Below are positions 50,721 through 64,000 of a stretch of DNA of 64,000 nucleotides, piece after piece. Location: contig JAQGDQ010000292.1 of NCBI GenBank assembly GCA_030141605.1, positions 124,001 through 188,000 of the forward strand, read 5' to 3'. A program made the translations under genes and the position numbers. The first letter of the stretch is position 1; each line of letters begins with the position of its first letter. A model generated the notes under the pieces. It was not told the origin of the DNA, did not search any database, and saw nothing but the letters and a program-made list of their open reading frames with translations. The stretch is from Tubiluchus corallicola. Taxonomy: Eukaryota > Animalia > Priapulida.

Positions 50721-51559
50721 CCAACGCTTTTTTGCGTATTTAGTTTACTAATTCTCTGTTCTTTGTGTAAATATTTATTTAATTTATCTTGTGGTAATAT
50801 TTTTAATTGTGATTTTAACTAAGCTTTGTTTATTATTCTAATAATAGCTATTAGAGCTGACAGTATGGTACTTTTTATGTACTAAAGTAAACGGAAACGT
50901 AACAAACAAAAATAAAAATTACGAAATCATACCAAATAAAACGTAACAGTAGAATTACATTAAGAAAACAAATCAAGCAGTAAAGTAAATCACGGATTTC
51001 AAGCAACCAGGAAAAGCAAGTTAATTAAAACAAAAATATACTTACTAACTTACTCAAGCAAATAAACCATGCAATGTTAATTATTAAGGAACAAAACCTA
51101 ATGGACAATAAAATCAGCTATGCAACAACATAAGGACTGTCACTAGTGGCAGCTTGTATTTCCGAGCAACTTTGTTATCATTCTATAGAATCATACTACG
51201 GAGTCTACGATACGTATTATGAGTAATAATTCAGTGATCAGCAAAAATGAACCAGGCAATACAAACAAAACAAAATAGACAAGCAATATAAATAACAGCA
51301 AAAACAACACGAAATAAACGGAACTGGTACTTATATCAGTTATATGCTTGTATTCAATTTTGCAATGATATAATAGTGTAGTTTTGATAAGTTTAATCAA
51401 GCTGCAAAAAAACCATGGGATGCAAATAAAGCAAAAAACAAGCAAAAACAATAAATTTAAATCTGTGGAATACTTATTTCTGTGGAACAGTTAACAGTAA
51501 ACGCATATATATATAATTGTTCAAAATAATTACGATTCATCTTATGTAGCATTGCTAAT

Positions 51560-51830
51560 GGAAAACAGGCTCTGGTTCTATATTATGAGACTAGCTTGTA
51601 TTATCTAGCGAACATTCTAGCATGCTAACCAAGTTGGTCCTTGTACCAAGGAAATATGTTTAAAAGGAAAATTGTTTTGTATGATTATTGTTCTTCCAAT
51701 ACTTTACAAATACCTCATTACAATACCCATTACTTGTGGCAAAGCTCAGTCAAATATGAAGGAGTTAACTTGCGGAACAAGTTGCCCGACAAAATTAAAG
51801 CAATTACTAATACCAATGCTTATAAATTAG
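51560..51830 (+). mobile_element. LINE 3' fragment
   Basis: LQIPHYNT...SVKYEGVNLRNKLPDKIK resembles the 'S+.Y.G..LWN.LP..IK' ending of LINE ORF2. Confidence 0.55.
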
Positions 51831-52899
51831 TAACAGTTGTCGAACTTTGCAGGTCACAGCAAGTTAACGAGAATTGTATCGGAAAATATGTAACACCGAC
51901 AGATATCGATTCTTAGTTTTTCCTATGCCCAGATTCATCTCTGTAACTGGTTACCGGGACATGCAGTTAGTGCTGCAAATGTGACGTGTTTCAAAAACAA
52001 CCATGACAAACACTTCTGCATAAGAAATCTCTTATTTCAATGCCGCCTGGCATGCTTGGAGTGGCTACCACACCTACATCAAGAACTGTTCGGAGCTCTG
52101 TAAAGTAAATTATGCAGGTCGTATGCCAGGCCGTTTTTGTCACAAAAGCCAAGGATTCGATAGATGGCGTGCTCACCAACTGGTGAGTTTATCTTCAAAG
52201 CATGCAAAAATCATCAAAGAGCAAAAGGATTATATCAAGGAAAATGTAATTTAACTTAGTGCGACAGTGACTGTGCATAGTAAAACCGTCCACAGTGCGC
52301 TAATTTAATTATGGAGCTAGAGATCATAACTTAATTTTCAACAGCAAAAATATTCCATGAGCGTGTTGCACGTGTTTGCGAAAGAAAAAAATTGAAGTAC
52401 AGTGCTACTGTAAGATATTCATTGTGTCTTACTAAAAGCCGGTAAGTTTCAAGATAAAAATTCTAATTTTAAATTTATCATCGTGCTCACGCATGAGCTG
52501 TCGAACGTGTGTAGTTCGTCACAAACTAACACATTTGACTGAGAAGTACGCACCCGTATTTTGTGCAATGCGTTTCCGAAATGCAGGCGCTAGTGATCGT
52601 TTAACCACCGAAAGGCAAAATGCATTTAACAGCGAAGAACTAGTGGCATGAACGTGAATTTTTGTTTATGTGGTAATAATTCTTTCACGTTAGTCATGTT
52701 TCCTTTCAATACCTTAAAGAGCAGGTTGTTTTGACCTGCAGTTTAAGATTGGGTCCGGTTTTGCTTTAAATGACTATTAAACAAATCTTTGTGGTGGATA
52801 TTCAGTCTGGAGATTAATATGATTTTATTCAAATTATTTAGATGGTCTAATATATTTGTAAGCAAACAAGTGCTTTACGAAGCAGAATAAAGAGAAAGT

Positions 52900-53330
52900 T
52901 AAATATAGGCGGTATTTCCGCGTGGCAGACTTAAAAGACCGATTTGCACTCATTAATAAGTTTATTCCATAGTATAGTGCCGTTATTTTTTAAAGTCTGT
53001 AGTCCATAAGAAGTAGAAGAGCCGTCCTGGTGTTGAACGGATAAAACATGTCTGGCAGCTGTTCGAGTGCTATAATGATGAATTTCTGTGATTATCGTAA
53101 AATATTTTTTTATAAATTCTAGGGAGATTTTCGAAGTTGTAACGGTGCACGAACTATTCCATCTCATAATGTCTTTCAGTTTGAGAGCCAGTAACTGTAT
53201 ATAAGAGGGAGTGGCGTGATCTCCCGTTTTTCCTCCAGTGATGTTTTTTTTAATTTTAGTTTGTACGACTATTAAGGGTTTTAATGCCGAATCGTAGAGC
53301 TACAGGACAGTATACAGCAGCGCATTTTAA
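52900..53330 (-). mobile_element. LINE 3' fragment
   Basis: EIHHYSTR...YGLQTLKNNGTILWNKL motif. Confidence 0.6.
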
Positions 53331-55385
53331 GAACAGGGTACCCAGGAAATTAAGCTTAGAGAATATATCGTAAAACGGGACGAATAGGGACAATTTTTAC
53401 AGTAAAACTGCCATAACTTTTTATTAGTTTTTATTCCAAATTGTGTTTGGTTTTATGCCCACATACCTTATTTATCTTTTGAGGGTATTGTTCTTATAAA
53501 AAAATCGTACGTTTTTTTAAAAACCGTAACCTCTATTAAACACGCATTTGGGGGTGAAAAGGGATACAACTTAGGCTTTAAAAACGTGTTTCAAAATCCA
53601 TTATTTTGATATCTAGAAAGATTTTGATGTCTGAACACAAAATCGTTCATAGATACAGATACTATTGCGTCTTCACACCATGACCACTGCGCATCGCTAA
53701 GTCTTACGCAAGTTAAATTTGGTACCATTATCTGCCTGTCACTGTTGTCAGACTACACGCTTGCTTCTCATTAACAGACAGAGAGCGAGTGAGACAAACT
53801 AGTATTTAATTATATTTAATTATGTAATTAACACTCCATCAGAGTCTCATTATTTCACTACTACTGCCCAAAATAAAATTTAGCCGTTGACTATAACTCT
53901 TCTATGTCTGGTCTGCCAGACTCTGCCTATATTTCATGCATAAGACAAAGTTTTTGGTAGCCAAGAGACACTGCATTGAAAAAAATTAACAGATATGCAT
54001 ACGAGTTTTAAATTTCTTATTGGTAGATGAAGCAGTACAATACTGTGTACAAAATTAGGAGACCTAGACATAACTCAATAGACCCAACATCAGTTTCTGC
54101 ATAACCAAAAAACAAGTTTTCTTTTGTTTAAATTTAACCATTTATATTACGGTCTAGGCACTCAGAGGAAGAAAAAATAGGTTAATTGTCTAAATAGTAA
54201 AAAAATTATTTGTATCGCTCCTCAAAATAAACAAAAACTAAAACATGTAATAAATGTCCTGTGACAACATTTTGTTATTTAAGGAAAATCAGGAAACAGG
54301 AAAAAAACAAAGCATCCTTTATACAAAAGACATATAAGACAATAATATGTAAGAGTCACATAAGAAACAAAATAACTCCGAATTTTGCTAAATAAAACAA
54401 ACGGGCTGTGTCAATTTGCAATATTTAATAAACTGACAAATAACTTAATTTTTACTGCAGCACATTTCTTTCTCGCATTACAAATGCTGCTGAAGAAGTG
54501 ACACACAAAACTTTGTACTTCAAACTACACATTACAAATTCTAAAGTTTTGCAGTAAACACAGAAATACAAAATAAAGTTATATAACAAACACTAGAAAC
54601 TAAACCTGACATCACAGAAGAAAGAATAAATAAAAAATGACTAAATAACTCACTGAACCATAGTACTTTCTTCTAATAAATCTATGATATACACCCTGTA
54701 CTATATCTACATTACCACTTCAATTACACTTAATGCTTTGGAACAGCAGACAAAAACTAACTTAAAAAATTAGCAAACCTCCATTCAAACCAATTCCAAG
54801 GAAAAATATTATTATGTTACTTTAAGAGAGAGAAACAAAACAGTATGCATAATCATAAATATAGTATGATAGACAATTATAAACTTTAAGCTTATTAGTC
54901 AACTAACACTTGGCAAGCATTCAGAAAAAACTATGTAGCATTAATTACAAAAATAAATCATATTACAGCATATATTAAAAGGCTGTAAAAACCCAAATGA
55001 AACAGCAGAACCTTTTAGCTCAAAGAAGATTTTTATGGCAGTTCGATTTTATCATTTTTGGTTACCTAATATAACACATTTATCATTTCCTATTTTCTTT
55101 CATAATACATAGAAAACATACTCGCTATGTAAAGATGACAAGAGAAAAACAGCACTTTCTAAACAATGAATTGTATCATGCTTTACAAACGGTATTATCA
55201 AAAATACATTCACTAATATACAAGTAGTTGTTGGTCCTAGGAAATTGATAAAACATGATACTATCAATCGGGTAATATCAATATAATCGCGACAACGCTA
55301 ATCTTAAGTTTTTTTGGCTAAATACATTGGGGGACTTACGCAGTTATAAAATGGTCCTTAGATGGAATGGCATCACATGTGACGA

Positions 55386-58300
55386 TTATTTTTTCCTAGT
55401 TTCTAATCCCCTGCCATAAAACTTGCTGTTTAACAGAAAAATAAGCAGGTTGACATTCACTTTGGCTCGTCCAAACATTTTCATCACAGCAACACCTTCG
55501 TACTGCAACTGCAACAGGTCCTACAAGGCAGAAAAGCATAAAAAGCGAATACAACTTTAACTATCACTTATACATCCCAAAAAGAAATTTAGGGAAACCA
55601 TGAATTTTCGAAACATTTTCCCCACTGTTCCTCAATGTAAAAGAAGCAAATCTGTACAGTACTAGCGTATAATCAAGTGTGAATCTTCTACATAGATACC
55701 AACATTCCATTTTTACATTCATAAGCCACCCATGTTAACAAAAAAACCTATAAAGCCATAGTAACTATATAATTGTGTAAAATATAGTAATAACAAACCT
55801 GGAAAACGAGCTCAACTGATTCCATATCAACACCCATGAATTTTGCAGAGACTTGAAAAACACCTGGTTCAATAGTTGACGATATTTCAAACTGTACATT
55901 TTTGAACCTAGAATGTAAAATTCCACCTATGTCAGAATAACGTTTAATGACTGGGCACTACGCTGTTTAAAATTTATATGATTCAACTGTGCACAAATCA
56001 GCAGAGTACTTAAATCTCGAGATTCATATGGGTATAAACTTTCTGCAAAATAGGAAGAGATTAATAATTCAAAACTAATTACACTCATATCTCGGTTTGC
56101 CAGACCTCGCTTTTACGGATATTGGAAGAATCGGACAAAACAGTTAAAAATCCTGCATACTACGGACACAGTCCGTTGCTACGTGAGCTGACCGCTAATT
56201 GACGGGCAGTCACTTTGTTTACATCATTACATCAGTGCAACCAAGCAGTGTGTAATGACAAGCGTGTAACTAGTATGTCAGGAGCAGCCATACTAGACGT
56301 TTTTGAGACAATTAGGCAATTGATTCCACATTAACACGAGTCTAATACATGGCGCCTACTGTATTAGCTTAGTATCAGCAAATACGGACAATCGGCAAAT
56401 TCGGACCGAAGTCTTTGTCCAGCAAACTGAGATATGAGTGTATTGCATTTATTTTTGAATATACAGTCCCATCGGTTTTAGCTGCATTAATACAGCGTAA
56501 CCCCTTTATAACAACTTTCAGAGACATGTCTGGATTTGTTCACTACAACGCAGTCTCGTAATAGCCGAAATCAATTACTTGTGTGTGTAGAAGTGAAGGA
56601 CACAGTGGACAGTGTTGGGAAACAGCATCTAACAAATTACTGTAATCAGATTATTTATTGTAAGAATAATGTGTAATGCAATTACTCTGCTTAATCTTGT
56701 AATCAGACTGCTCCTTACTTTAGCCGTAATGTTCTTATACCAGGGTTACTTATCTAACCATGAACAGCATTTATAAACCCCTGCTGCGAATGCAGTTCAG
56801 CATATGTTTTGTCCTTGGTGACACAGTGCATGCTGCAAGAATATGTTTTAGAACTTGCACTCACAATATGCAGGTTCTTCTACAGTCTGAACAAAAACAA
56901 AGTGACTTGGTTATACGTTCGACATACATATATAATTATGAAAACATTTAGTAAAACAACATAGCAATAGCTGCATAACAAAATTACACAGACTTTTATC
57001 TTCAGTTGGCAAGAAGAACAAAATAAAGACTTACTGATTTTTAGGCAAATCCTCAATTTCTAGAACAACTCCTTTCTCTGCTAGTTTCGCTGCAGTGAAT
57101 TTCTCTGTTACCAACTTTGGTCCAGATGAGTCTTTGTTACCAAAGAAACTGCGTCTGTTGGCTTTTCTACAAATGAGCATGATAATAACTTTCAGTACAT
57201 GCAAAAAGTATGCAGCATGTAATCATGCTCACACAATCTATCAAATATTAAATGAGAAATAGATTTTCACTTTAAAGCTTTTCTAAGATTTGCACAGGAT
57301 AAAACAATACAGTACAAGTCAAAAAGCTACAATACAAGAAAAAAGTATGCAGTCAAATGATAATCAAATATCACAGAATATTAAGAATGACATTTGGTGA
57401 AAATGTTGATCACTAATAAACAATATTATCCGATAATACCATTGATTTATTTATTGAATTTGTTGATGCGCTTACAATAACACAGTGCTTGCTTTAATTT
57501 ATAAGCTAACATGTATTAATTAGCCATCCCACGTACTTGCCAGCCTTGGTTTTGAGTCCATCCAAACATGATTTGACATACTGATTATAATAATCTACTT
57601 GCTGCTCATAAAACTGAGTTTTTCTTGCAAGCTGATCAAAAGTACTTCGAACCCGCAACATCTCTTGCTTCCGCCTCTGTCGATAACGTCTCTGATTACG
57701 AATATCCTGCAATACAGCAATCACGAAATGTTAGACAGCAACAATACCTCATTGAACAGTTCGCAATTTAACAAACTCTGTGCCCAAATCCATTAACTTA
57801 AAAGCTAGTGAATAAAAATAAAGTGAAAAATTACCTGTGCTATATCGTTAATTATAGCCTGATAATTGTTATCAGTAGAGATGAACTCAGCTTTTACAAG
57901 AATGTCTAAATTCTCCAAAATTCGTCCTTTCATTTTGTCCAGCGGAAGCCTACAAATAAAAAAAGTTACAGAGAGTTGATTGATTACTCTAACAAGAATT
58001 CTCTACCACGTGAACAATGGCATTCTCACCATTGGGGAAGAATTTAAACAAGCTTTTAAAACATTTCTCTTAAAACATCATGTCAGAAAGCAAGAAGATC
58101 ATAGTAACTAATGAGCTTCCAGTTAACAGCAGTAACTAGTCTACTAAAACCTTGCAGAAACACTGTCAATAAGCTACTTTGCTAACACTAATAAAAGACA
58201 AAGACATCTTTAAGTTATGTAACCTATTCTAGTACATAGACATAATGGCAGCTATGTAGACAGTCATAACTAAATAGTCTTTCCTTTTTCTATCCTACAT

Positions 58301-61300
58301 ATTTTAACAAAATGCATTTTTATGCTGAATGAAAAACAAATGCTTCAGAAAACGTACATTCCACACAGTGAGAACTGACCTAACCATCAATGATACCACT
58401 CAACTCACAATTAAGGTATGAAGTCCAGCAGAACAGTAACAGAGCTAGCCTACACAGAGACTAACAGATATTAAAAAAATACAACAGTTTAATTTACATG
58501 CTATTCACAAACAACCCTTGAATTAGTCTTATTTATAACTGCAGAAATAACTTAAAATCACAATTTATAGTGACAAGTGGTTATACCTGCTCTCTTGCAG
58601 TACAGAGTGCGACCTGGCAAGCTTACGAGAACTGGCTTTATTCTTTTGAATCTGAAGATCTCGCTTCTTGATAAGAGCCTGATGTGCTTCTTCCTGTAAA
58701 AACATCAAAAATTAATAATCACTTAACCAATCAATCAATCACAACAGCAACTAGTAAAAAAACTAAAGAATAAAATTAATGAAGAAATCTTAAAGTGTGA
58801 ATTCATTAGTACATTTCCCTGCATTTAAGCAAAATAAATTAAGGCCTGAAAACTTTTGTTTCTTCAGTGAGCTCAAAGCAAGATTTTCTACTTTTTGGGC
58901 AAATAAAGCCAGTTGTTAGCCATCTACACAAAACAAAGAAATCTCACGTTTTCAGACTATACGTGTTAGTTACTTAATTAAATATTATTAAAACCATTAA
59001 TACAGTAATAATTTAATCAACTTATTCCAGACTTGCAAACTGAAAGTTTTGAAAGTTGAGTTATATGTCTTTGTGGTTCAACTTCTTCAAATTAAAGAAG
59101 AAAAGTATATAAACTACACTGAATATCTTTTGCAATTCTGAAACAATAATAAGTTTCTTTTTTAATAATAAAGTAAGTGGTTTATATTATTAATTTAAAA
59201 ATATGTAAACTATACAAAAGTAGTTTACTTTAGGCATCAACCTACCTGTTGATCTGTAGCTGCAGTGTCCAAAACTTTAGCAAGGTTTTCACCCGGTTGT
59301 ACACGAATCAAGTCCACAATCATACGCTTGGTGCGCAGATAAACGGCTTTTTTGTCGTTTTCATCTTCTTCAGGTACCTCAAACTTGTTAGTTAAAGTTA
59401 GTGATATTTCTGTGCTGGCAAGCTGTGACTTGGATAGGTTTTCTATGTCCTGGCCCTGTTCGCCTATTATAAGAACATAAATAAATTCTATGAACAAACT
59501 GTTGAAAATTTACTATAATCAAGTGACTGAATAGTGTAATAACTTAAGAGTCAGTTAACTATGATGATGGTTCTAGGTTAGATATAATTTACACAACCAC
59601 AAAAAGAAAATGATAGAGTGCAATTTCAGATAAGGAAGTGTTATATTTAGCAAAAGTTTGATAAGCACAAGACGTACAAATAAAATAAAAACTCGCGTGG
59701 TTTACAAGTAATAAACCCTCAGACATTTCTGGTAATAAACCTGCAAACAAAAAGCTCAAAGTATGTACCTAACTTAATGTAACACGTCAGTATTTGACTA
59801 AATCAGCTTTCAGTGAAGTTTTACTTACCAATTAGTGTATCAAGATCTGGTTCTCCAAGATCAGCAAGCAGTTCATGCAGCGAATCATTCTTATCTGGTG
59901 CCACTACATCCTGATGCTGCAGCAACAACTGAAATACATTACAACTGTTCATAATATAGCAGTAACACAAATTCATACAATTAAAATGCCACAACTAAAG
60001 CTCAAGCGAGCTCTTTATTTCGTTGTTAAAAACATGTGCCACTTGTCAATTTCTCAAACGTATGGAGCACATTTAGTACTTCACTTGCAATAATGTGTTG
60101 TACAGAATGACCGTCAAATCCTGGCATCAAAAGCAATAATAAATTGTCCTATTGTGTAAGGTAAATAAAGGAATGCAAAAGATTTCTCAACAAATTATTA
60201 ATATTACATACGGACAGTGAACAACACACTACAACAAAGCAACAAAGAATTCACTATATAAAAATGGCTAGTTTAAAGGAAATTTTAAGCAAATTAATGC
60301 TGACTTTGAGAAAGTGCTGTTTATGCTACAGTACCTGATGGGTGTCATGTATTTCAAGCAATGAAATGTATATTGACGGTTTCGTTAACATTGTAAGTTC
60401 AGACCATTGGTCCACGTTAAAATGTTGTTCTGGTTCCTCAACATTACAGGCATTCTGGAAATAATCCCTAAAAAAAATCAATAAGCAACCTTTACATATA
60501 CTTCCTAGAACAATAAAAGTATGGTTATCTAAACAAAAAAAAGGAAAAACTTACTTGAATTTTTCATGGCAATCTTTGATAAAGCCATTTAAGCAAGCAA
60601 GATGCGAGCTGTCACCACCAAACTGCAATAAATAAATAACAACAGTAAATAAACTAACAACTTGTAAACTAACAGATTTAACAACATAATCTTCAACAAA
60701 TGTATTAGACCAAAAAGGAAGAATTCGAAGCAGTGAACAAAACGCATTCGTACCCCTTTGTTAGAAGCAGCAAACTGTAGAATCTTTGCCACTGATCCAA
60801 GATTTCTTCTCTGTTCATTTGTTAGTGCTTTGGCTCCAACTGCGTCAATGATATCGAAAGCATCAGGTGCAACGATTGCAGAGTTGATGTATCGATAGTA
60901 CAGCAGGTTTCCAACAATCTACACATTATAGCATTGCAACAGAAATTACTATAATTAGAAATGACAGAAACATGAACGGCTAATTTGTTTCAATATCTAA
61001 GAGTGAAATATTTAAATGCAGATTAAATACTGTTTGACGTATTTTTAGAAAAACCCAAAAGATTCAAGAAAAAGGTATAAGCACCTTAATGACTTCCTTT
61101 GCTGTGGCTTCTGGAAATCTTTCATGAAGAGTGTTGCGTAACACTTTCGCAATGTACCTGATTCCATATCTAAAAAAAATGTGTGTGGATTTGGAAAAAT
61201 AAATAAACTAAGAAAAGCAAACATTTCTGTTACAACTTTTCCCAAACAGTGACTACTCAAAAATGCCTATAAATGTACCACTAGAAAACCAAAAATAAGC

Positions 61301-63300
61301 CACTATGGAAGAAGATATGTGGCACAGTGCGCCTTAAACTTTACTAAACAATAGAAATAACAAAAATTTGCAGAATAAGTCTTTTCATAGTTTCAGTGAT
61401 TGATGCTGATTGTCAAAAGGTCAAACATTAAGTGTACCAGATGACGCATTTGTGTACACTTGACAACTTCTCGCAGTCCTAGCTACTGTAATACTAACAG
61501 TTTTAACAGCCAGCTAGAACCTTATTTACCTCATTTTTTCTGCAAGCAAGATCTTGCTAGTAAATCACTTAGCGCACAAATTAACACATAATTAAGAAGT
61601 CCAGCTAAAACATCTGAAGTTACTAAACTTATACGGCTTTGCTTTACACATGTCACGTGGCAGCTGTAGTTAAGACTTGGTACACTTGACCTTTGACCTA
61701 CAGTAATGGTTTGTGCGCAGAACAAAACTGTCAAAAGGCTTATTCCCTTAACATCGTTGCCTGTAAAATATAAAACAATTAAACAATCGATTTACTTACG
61801 GTATTTTATCCAGGGCTTGTAAAATAGCATTAAAAAATTCTTTAGTTGCATGCTTTAATGCCTTGATGGATGTTTCGATTTGATCTCGAACTTCTTCATG
61901 CTTCAAAGCTTGATCAATGGTCACATCATATGGCATTCCACTAAAACACATTTAACAGATAATTGTGTTGATTGAAAATAAATGATAGTAATAATAAAAT
62001 CAAACTTCATATCCAACAATTTAACTTCTAGTGAACAAAAATACGTGAAATGCTACAGTATTTTCTCAAACACAGGAACTGTTACACGAACTACTGTTAA
62101 GGCTTTACTGGCTTGAAGAACAACTAAAACCTTTACAAGAATCAGACTGGAACGGAAAAAGAACTACAAAACAGATGGTAAAAAATGGAGTGAGCAAGAA
62201 AGAATAATAGAAAAGTACCCACAACAAAAATGGAAATTAGTCGAAACATGAAATTTTAGGTTTTGGACAATTTATTGCAAAATAATGAACAAACGTAATA
62301 ATTTTTCCTTTATCATTCAACTAGATTGGGTTTGGTAGATTTGAAAAACAATCCATTAGGGTCACCGATGTTTTGAAACAAACAAAGACACTCATTTGGG
62401 ATAAACTAAAATTTTCAATTACAACGTATTCAATTACAAACGAACAATTAATAATAAATATTTTAATTACATTACACAGATAATGATAAATTATTCACCT
62501 AGCTTGTCCTGATTCAGTCTCTTTTTGGTTGACCCATTGCTTGTACACTTCTACTGGATTAGTGTTAATGTTGAGATTTTTGTCACCAATAATCTTTGTG
62601 ACAAGAGGGTTAAGCAACTCTCTGAGCGAATTCAGGCCACGACCATTTCTAGTAAAGACAATGATTCAAATTACACATTTCACGTGAAATGGTAAGTAAA
62701 ATTATCTATTGAACATAAAGAGTAAACAGAAAATAGGCTCAAGGAAATATTAAAGATTACATGTATGTACCTGTTGAAACCAACAACCATTCTGATCACC
62801 ATAGGATTACCTGTAACAATATCACTGGGCTTTTCAACCCTCATTCTGAAAAGAACAATTTGTCTAAATAAATAAAACTGGTTAGAAATTTCAGCAAAAG
62901 AATGACCCAGAAACCAAATCCAGAAACACCTTTTAAATTTACAATTATTTAACAGTTCAAAACTTGATAACATAGTTAGCACATGTTACCTAATTTCTTC
63001 TTCAAGTGCCGCTTGGAATAATTTATTCAGTAAGTATTCTTCACGTTGATTGCCGGCATAATTATACAATGTCAAAATTACAGATTCCATGAACTTTGTC
63101 GTCCGACTTTGCGGCATGGCGAATATCAGCTTGGCCAAGTAATGAGGGTTTGTTTGCAGATAGTAAAACAGATGTTGGTAAGCTTCAAGAAGTTCTCTAC
63201 TTTCCTTACTCAGACTCTTGATGCCCCTGCTGGTACTGATTGTACCTTCTTTGTTTATATCCTTGTGATTTTTTAGTTTCCTTCCATGTGCAACAACATC
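55386..63300 (-). CDS. IQGAP1: Ras GTPase-activating-like protein IQGAP, C-terminal part (GRD + RasGAP_C); 5' exons lie beyond the window end
   Basis: 16 exons join in frame (738 codons): 63300-62990, 62845-62771, 62648-62499, 61940-61800, 61169-61085, 60918-60754, 60622-60555, 60467-60335, 59928-59829, 59463-59246, 58693-58587, 57949-57835, 57706-57537, 57166-57035, 55907-55799, 55520-55386. Hallmarks: YQHLFYYLQTNPHYLAKLIF, DIVTGNP, GNLLYYRY, DIRNQRRYRQRRKQE, DLLQLQYEGVAVMKMF. The symbol denotes the family; invertebrates usually have a single IQGAP. Confidence 0.95.
56082..56440. mobile_element. Tc1/mariner (pogo/Tigger-like) MITE in an IQGAP intron
   Basis: TIR CACTCATATCTCGGTTTGC / GCAAACTGAGATATGAGTG (18 of 19 match), flanked by TA on both sides. 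Confidence 0.85.
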
Positions 63301-63830
63301 CTACAACATTTAAAGGTAATGCAATACAAGATATGAACGCTTATGGTCTGTTTCTTAGATTCTGATAAAGTTATTACATACTGCTGTTTGTGTGGAAAGA
63401 AAGCAGAGGAAAATTTGTTTCTCAGCTAGAACAGCACATTGTGCCATACAGTGACAAATCAGAGATTCTGCTAATTGAGCCACCAAAGTTCCATTACAAA
63501 GCAAGTCAAGTCGTTATCATTTTATGACAAACATCATTAGTTTTCACTACAATCAAACAGCAAAAACTTCTGATTCTGAATGACGTCATTACAGTCACCG
63601 TCAGAATCACACCCTAAACGTTTTGCTACAGTCCCTGCCTCTATGTACAAATTTGTAAAGAATTTAAGTGATTTAAATTCCTTAGGCATCACAAGGCGAG
63701 ATAAAACACAATTACAAACTAAAGTGTACGTGTTGGTGCTACCTATTTCGAAATTGTGCAGAAACTTGTCAACGCAGACAATCAGGTTGTGATTATAGAA
63801 CGCACTCTCTAAGGTACAAATGATTCTAGC

Positions 63831-63923
63831 CTACGATCATTGTGACTGTAGATGTTAGTTCTAAGATCATTGTGACTGTAGATGTTACTTCTACGATCAT
63901 TGTGACAGTAGATGTTAGTTCTA
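63831..63923. repeat. 30-bp minisatellite, 3 copies
   Basis: CTACGATCATTGTGACTGTAGATGTTAGTT repeated head to tail three times. Confidence 0.92.
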
Positions 63924-64000
63924 TTGCCACAATCATAAAAAAGCATTCTGTGATTGTAGCAGAAACTCTGTATATTATGACGAAAATCTTTCTCAATACA

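Noticed and set aside
13780-63300. Functional cluster of receptor-trafficking genes (SOL-1-like, COMMD10, IQGAP)
   Set aside because: Adjacency alone is no evidence of co-function in animal genomes; no shared regulation is visible.
63831-63923. CRISPR-like 30-bp repeats
   Set aside because: The units are contiguous with no spacers, in a eukaryotic intron: a minisatellite.

Overview
AT-rich, intron-rich animal (invertebrate bilaterian) genomic DNA, not prokaryotic. Hand-splicing gives three conventional genes and one hidden gene. (1) A + strand 17-exon gene (13780-40256, signal-peptide exon not found) encoding 5 CUB domains, an LDLa-like module, a TM helix and a C-terminal PDZ ligand, most like SOL-1/LEV-10 receptor auxiliary proteins. 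(2) A complete 8-exon COMMD10 on the - strand (44006-49440). (3) The 3' 16 exons of IQGAP on the - strand (55386-63300). (4) A small spliced antisense gene nested in the 9.9-kb intron of the CUB gene, encoding a complete six-cysteine thyroglobulin type-1 domain (29376-32372, N-terminus unresolved), which the ORF track shows only in part. The rest is a truncated Gypsy/Gmr1-like LTR element with an open gag, LINE fragments, hAT and Tc1/mariner MITEs with TSDs, foldback elements, microsatellites and several decayed or orphan exon-like segments. All homology calls come from motif recall, not database searches.
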